From: a virus
Lineage: Duplodnaviria; Heunggongvirae; Uroviricota; Caudoviricetes
DNA length: 5,028 nucleotides
Virus record (IMG/VR): IMGVR_UViG_2606217110_000024
Strand: one strand, 5' to 3'
Shown here: piece after piece, positions 1 through 5,028 of the stretch
How positions within the stretch are numbered: position 1 is the stretch's first letter
How the letters are laid out: each line of letters opens with the position of its first letter
The notes under the pieces: generated by a model
What the model saw: only the letters and a program-made list of their open reading frames with translations
Database searches by the model: none
What the model was told of the DNA's origin: nothing
Made by a program: the position numbers and the translations under genes

Positions 1-227
1 AAGTCGATATACCGGAAACAACGCGCGGCGCTCTTTACTCATTCGTTTACAACGTGGGTGCTGGCAATTTCAGAACATCGACGCTTCTTCGCAAAATAAA
101 CCAGGGCGATATCAAAGGCGCATGTGATCAGTTACGTCGCTGGACATATGCTGGCGGTAAGCAATGGAAAGGTCTCATGACTCGTCGTGAGATTGAGCGT
201 GAAATCTGTTTGTGGGGTCAGCAATGA
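1..227 (+). CDS. R: Endolysin, T4-type lysozyme (phage 21 R / DLP12 RrrD-like), 3' partial; the 5' end lies upstream of the window
   Basis: Frame 3 is open from the window edge to TGA at 225-227 and translates as [74 protein letters not shown], which matches the C-terminus of the lambdoid T4-lysozyme-family endolysin as I recall it. It is not the lambda R transglycosylase. Its stop overlaps the Rz start as ATGA. Confidence 0.85.
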   Translation, partial: VDIPETTRGALYSFVYNVGAGNFRTSTLLRKINQGDIKGACDQLRRWTYAGGKQWKGLMTRREIEREICLWGQQ

Positions 228-685
228 ACAGAGTAACCGCGATTATCTCCGCTCTGGTTATCTGCATCATCGTCTGCCTGTCATGGGCTGTTAATCATTA
301 CCGTGATAACGCCATTACCTATAAAGCCCAGCGCGACAAAAATGCCAAAGAACTGAAGCTGGCGAACGCGGCAATTACTGACATGCAGATGCGTCAGCGT
401 GATGTTGCTGCGCTCGATGCAAAATACACGAAGGAGTTAGCTGATGCGAAAGCTGAAAATAATGCTCTGCGTGATGATGTTGCCGCTGGTCGTCGTCGGT
501 TGCACATCAAAGCAGTCTGTCAGTCAGTGCGTGAAGCCACCACCGCCTCCGGCGTGGATAATGCAGCCTCCCCCCGACTGGCAGACACCGCTGAACAGGA
601 TTATTTCACCCTCAGAGAGAGGCTGATCACTATGCAAAAACAACTGGAAGGAACCCAGAAGTATATTAATGAGCAGTGCAGATAG
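224..685 (+). CDS. Rz: Rz i-spanin (inner-membrane spanin subunit), 153 aa
   Basis: ATG at 224 overlaps the endolysin stop (caATGA). The product [41 protein letters not shown]... has an N-terminal transmembrane helix and coiled-coil periplasmic domain and is near-identical to lambda Rz from memory. The track ORF 212..685 starts at an upstream GTG; ATG 224 is the canonical start. Confidence 0.93.
   Translation: MNRVTAIISALVICIIVCLSWAVNHYRDNAITYKAQRDKNAKELKLANAAITDMQMRQRDVAALDAKYTKELADAKAENNALRDDVAAGRRRLHIKAVCQSVREATTASGVDNAASPRLADTAEQDYFTLRERLITMQKQLEGTQKYINEQCR
444..626 (+). CDS. Rz1: Rz1 o-spanin (outer-membrane lipoprotein spanin subunit), 60 aa, embedded entirely within Rz in the +1 frame
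   Basis: Product [24 protein letters not shown]...[18 protein letters not shown] has a signal peptide with lipobox VVGC and a proline-rich mature region, matching lambda Rz1. The embedded-gene architecture is classic. Confidence 0.9.
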   Translation: MRKLKIMLCVMMLPLVVVGCTSKQSVSQCVKPPPPPAWIMQPPPDWQTPLNRIISPSERG

Positions 686-689
686 AGCT

Positions 690-705
690 GCCCATATCGA
701 TGGGC
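690..705. terminator. Putative hairpin between convergent Rz and bor (GCCCAT-atcg-ATGGGC)
   Basis: A 6-bp perfect inverted repeat with a 4-nt loop lies in the 31-bp gap between the Rz stop (685) and the bor stop (717). There is no clear U-tract on either strand, so terminator function is uncertain. Confidence 0.3.
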
Positions 706-716
706 AACTCATGCAA

Positions 717-1010
717 TTATTGTGAGCAATACACACGCGCTTCCAGCGGAGTATAAATGCCTAAAGTAATAAAACCGAGCAATCCATTTACGAATGTTTG
801 CTGGGTTTCTGTTTTAACAACATTTTCTGCGCCGCCACAAATTTTGGCTGCATCAACAGTTTTCTCCTGTCCAATTCCCGAAACGAAGAAGTGATGGGTG
901 ATGGTTTCCTTTGGTGTTACTGCTGTCGGTTTGTTTCCAACAGTAAACGTCTGTTGAGCACATCCTGTAATAAGCATTGCCAGAGCGGCAGAAAACAACA
1001 TTTTTTTCAT
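717..1010 (-). CDS. bor: Bor lipoprotein (serum-resistance / lysogenic-conversion outer-membrane lipoprotein), 97 aa
   Basis: Minus-strand ORF; the track product contains MKKMLFSAALAMLITGCAQQTFTV...YTPLEARVYCSQ. I place the start at the internal ATG (plus 1008-1010) giving 97 aa, with signal peptide and lipobox LITGC and an AGGATAA-like RBS just upstream. The track's longer 113-aa form (717..1058) starts at an upstream ATG that is probably not used. Matches lambda Bor from memory. Confidence 0.92.
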   Translation of the reverse strand: MKKMLFSAALAMLITGCAQQTFTVGNKPTAVTPKETITHHFFVSGIGQEKTVDAAKICGGAENVVKTETQQTFVNGLLGFITLGIYTPLEARVYCSQ

Positions 1011-1023
1011 CTTATTATCCTGC

Positions 1024-1055
1024 ATTGTTAAAAACGGCAGAATCCTATGTGACAA
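1024..1055 (-). promoter_or_regulatory. Putative bor promoter (minus-strand -35 TTGTCA, about 16-17 bp spacer, weak -10 TTTTAA/TTTAAC)
   Basis: AT-rich region immediately upstream of bor on the minus strand. The hexamers are imperfect and the assignment is by inspection only. Confidence 0.25.
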
Positions 1056-1370
1056 CAATTAAACGATAGTTAAATGGATTGATGAAAATTAAAACTATAT
1101 AGGTGGATGCTCAGCCTATTGGAGGAGGGGGGGCACTCAGAATCCTGTGGAATGAAATAAACCGCTCTATCTGTCCATTACCCTTTTAGCTGCGCTGTAT
1201 CGTCGCCGTATTCCCGCATTAACCATGACCGTAGCCCGACGGGGAATTCCTTCTGCGTGAGTGTGCGGGAATAATCAAAAACGATGCACACCGGGTTTTA
1301 CTGTGCTGACAGACGCAGGGTTACCCTCATAGTCGCTTTTCCGGTGCGATGGTGGAAGAAACCGGGATGT

Positions 1371-1565
1371 TCATCCATCATCACTTTGGATTGATGTATA
1401 TGCTCTCTTTTCTGACGTTAGTCTCCGACGGCAGGCTTCAATGACCCAGGCTGAGAAATTCCCAGACCCTTTTTGCTCAAGAGCGATGTTAATTTGTTCA
1501 ATCATTTGGTTAGGAAAGCGGATGTTGCGGGTTGTTGTTCTGCGGGTTCTGTTCTTCGTTGACAT
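1371..1565 (-). CDS. ylcI: YlcI/YnfO-family small protein (DUF3950), 64 aa, predicted ribbon-helix-helix-like DNA-binding fold
   Basis: Product MSTKNRTRRTTTRNIRFPNQMIEQINIALEQKGSGNFSAWVIEACRRRLTSEKRAYTSIQSDDG has a basic N-terminus, then a strand-helix-G-loop-helix pattern typical of RHH proteins. I recall it as the small ORF found next to cos at the right end of lambda and as YlcI in DLP12. Confidence 0.8.
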   Translation of the reverse strand: MSTKNRTRRTTTRNIRFPNQMIEQINIALEQKGSGNFSAWVIEACRRRLTSEKRAYTSIQSDDG

Positions 1566-1764
1566 GAGGTTGCCCCGTATTCAGTGTCGCTGATTTGTAT
1601 TGTCTGAAGTTGTTTTTACGTTAAGTTGATGCAGATCAATTAATACGATACCTGCGTCATAATTGATTATTTGACGTGGTTTGATGGCGTAGATGCACGT
1701 TGTGACATATAGATGATAATTATTATCATTTTGCGGGTCCTTTCCGGCGATCCGACAGGTTACG

Positions 1765-1776
1765 GGGCGGCGACCT
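1765..1776. other. cosN: cosN, the 12-nt cohesive-end sequence GGGCGGCGACCT (terminase nicking site)
   Basis: Exact lambda cohesive-end 12-mer, preceded by ...CCGACAGGTTACG (lambda right-end terminus) and followed by CGCGGGTTTTCGCTATTTATGAAAATTTTCCGG (lambda left-end start). Confidence 0.92.
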
Positions 1777-1953
1777 CGCGGGTTTTCGCTATTTATGAAA
1801 ATTTTCCGGTTTAAGGCGTTTCCGTTCTTCTTCGTCATAACTTAATGTTTTTATTTAAAATACCCTCTGAAAAGAAAGGAAACGACAGGTGCTGAAAGCG
1901 AGCTTTTTGGCCTCTGTCGTTTCCTTTCTCTGTTTTTGTCCGTGGAATGAACA
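1777..1953. other. cosB: cosB terminase (gpNu1) binding region with R3, IHF site I1, R2, R1
   Basis: Three copies of the Nu1-binding core CGTTTCC: R3 at 1817-1823 (+), R2 at 1878-1884 (inverted, GGAAACG), R1 at 1918-1924 (+). An AT-rich stretch at 1836-1862 (cataacttaatgtttttatttaaaatac) sits between R3 and R2 where the IHF site I1 lies in lambda. Nu1 follows immediately. Confidence 0.85.
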
Positions 1954-2473
1954 ATGGAAGTCAACAAAAAGCAGCTGGCTGACATTTTCGGTGCGAGTAT
2001 CCGTACCATTCAGAACTGGCAGGAACAGGGAATGCCCGTTCTGCGAGGCGGTGGCAAGGGTAATGAGGTGCTTTATGACTCTGCCGCCGTCATAAAATGG
2101 TATGCCGAAAGGGATGCTGAAATTGAGAACGAAAAGCTGCGCCGGGAAGTTGAAGAACTGCGGCAGGCCAGCGAGACAGATCTCCAGCCAGGGACTATTG
2201 AGTACGAACGCCATCGACTTACGCGTGCGCAGGCCGACGCACAGGAGCTGAAAAATGCCAGAGACTCCGCTGAAGTGGTGGAAACCGCATTCTGTACTTT
2301 CGTGCTGTCGCGGATCGCAGGTGAAATTGCCAGTATTCTCGACGGGATCCCCCTGTCGGTGCAGCGGCGTTTTCCGGAACTGGAAAACCGACATGTTGAT
2401 TTCCTGAAACGGGATATCATCAAAGCCATGAACAAAGCAGCCGCGCTGGATGAACTGATACCGGGGTTGCTGA

Positions 2474-2499
<26 letters not shown>
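1954..2499 (+). CDS. Nu1: Terminase small subunit gpNu1, 181 aa
   Basis: Product MEVNKKQLADIFGASIRTIQNWQEQGMPVLRGGGKGNEVLYDSAAVIKWYAERD... has the N-terminal winged-HTH cosB-binding domain and is near-identical to lambda Nu1 from memory. Its 3' end overlaps A by 26 nt, as in lambda. Confidence 0.97.

Positions 2500-5028
<2,529 letters not shown>

Noticed and set aside
212-223. Track extends Rz upstream to a GTG at 212 (157 aa)
   Set aside because: The canonical ATG at 224 overlaps the endolysin stop as ATGA, as in lambda. The 4 extra codons lie inside the endolysin gene.
524-736. 70-aa minus-strand ORF antisense to Rz/Rz1
   Set aside because: Entirely antisense to two well-supported genes; Gly/Cys-rich low-complexity product (the mirror of the Rz1 proline-rich region).
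798-1031. 77-aa plus-strand ORF antisense to bor
   Set aside because: Overlaps bor on the opposite strand; Cys/Phe-rich product with no recognisable features.
1011-1058. Track start for bor 16 codons upstream (113-aa form)
   Set aside because: The internal ATG at 1008-1010 gives the 97-aa Bor with a proper signal peptide right after the start and an adjacent RBS; the extension would bury the signal peptide.
1341-1365. Possible hairpin ccggt-N15-accgg downstream of the ylcI stop, as a terminator
   Set aside because: Only a 5-bp stem with a 15-nt loop and no U-tract; too weak to call.
1581-1838. 85-aa minus-strand ORF
   Set aside because: Spans cosN and the R3 site, so it would be severed in virion DNA, and has no RBS. 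Artefact of the cos region.
1889-2095. 68-aa plus-strand ORF overlapping the Nu1 start
   Set aside because: Out-of-frame overlap with Nu1 and cosB; Nu1 is strongly supported.
1855-2394. 179-aa minus-strand ORF
   Set aside because: Antisense to Nu1 and overlaps cosB R2/R1.
2073-2435. 120-aa minus-strand ORF
   Set aside because: Antisense to Nu1; Ser/Arg-rich product.

Overview
This window is the lysis-to-packaging junction of a lambda-like (lambdoid) prophage from an enterobacterium, most likely E. coli or Shigella; I found no novel or undescribed system in it. In order it contains: the 3' end of a T4-type endolysin gene, the spanin pair Rz with Rz1 embedded in its +1 frame, the leftward lipoprotein gene bor, a short ORF-free spacer, a leftward 64-aa YlcI-like (DUF3950) gene, a complete cos site (cosN with cosB R3/I1/R2/R1), terminase small subunit Nu1, terminase large subunit A (641 aa, GTG start), head-tail joining protein W, and only the first ~53 codons of portal gene B. 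After about position 4757 phage homology stops and the sequence becomes the terminus of an IS21-family insertion sequence whose IstB helper-ATPase C-terminus is encoded on the minus strand and runs off the window. The prophage therefore looks packaging-defective. All identifications rest on my own reading and translation of the sequence and on recalled protein families; no database search was run. Most of the remaining six-frame ORFs are antisense or overlapping artefacts of the real genes.
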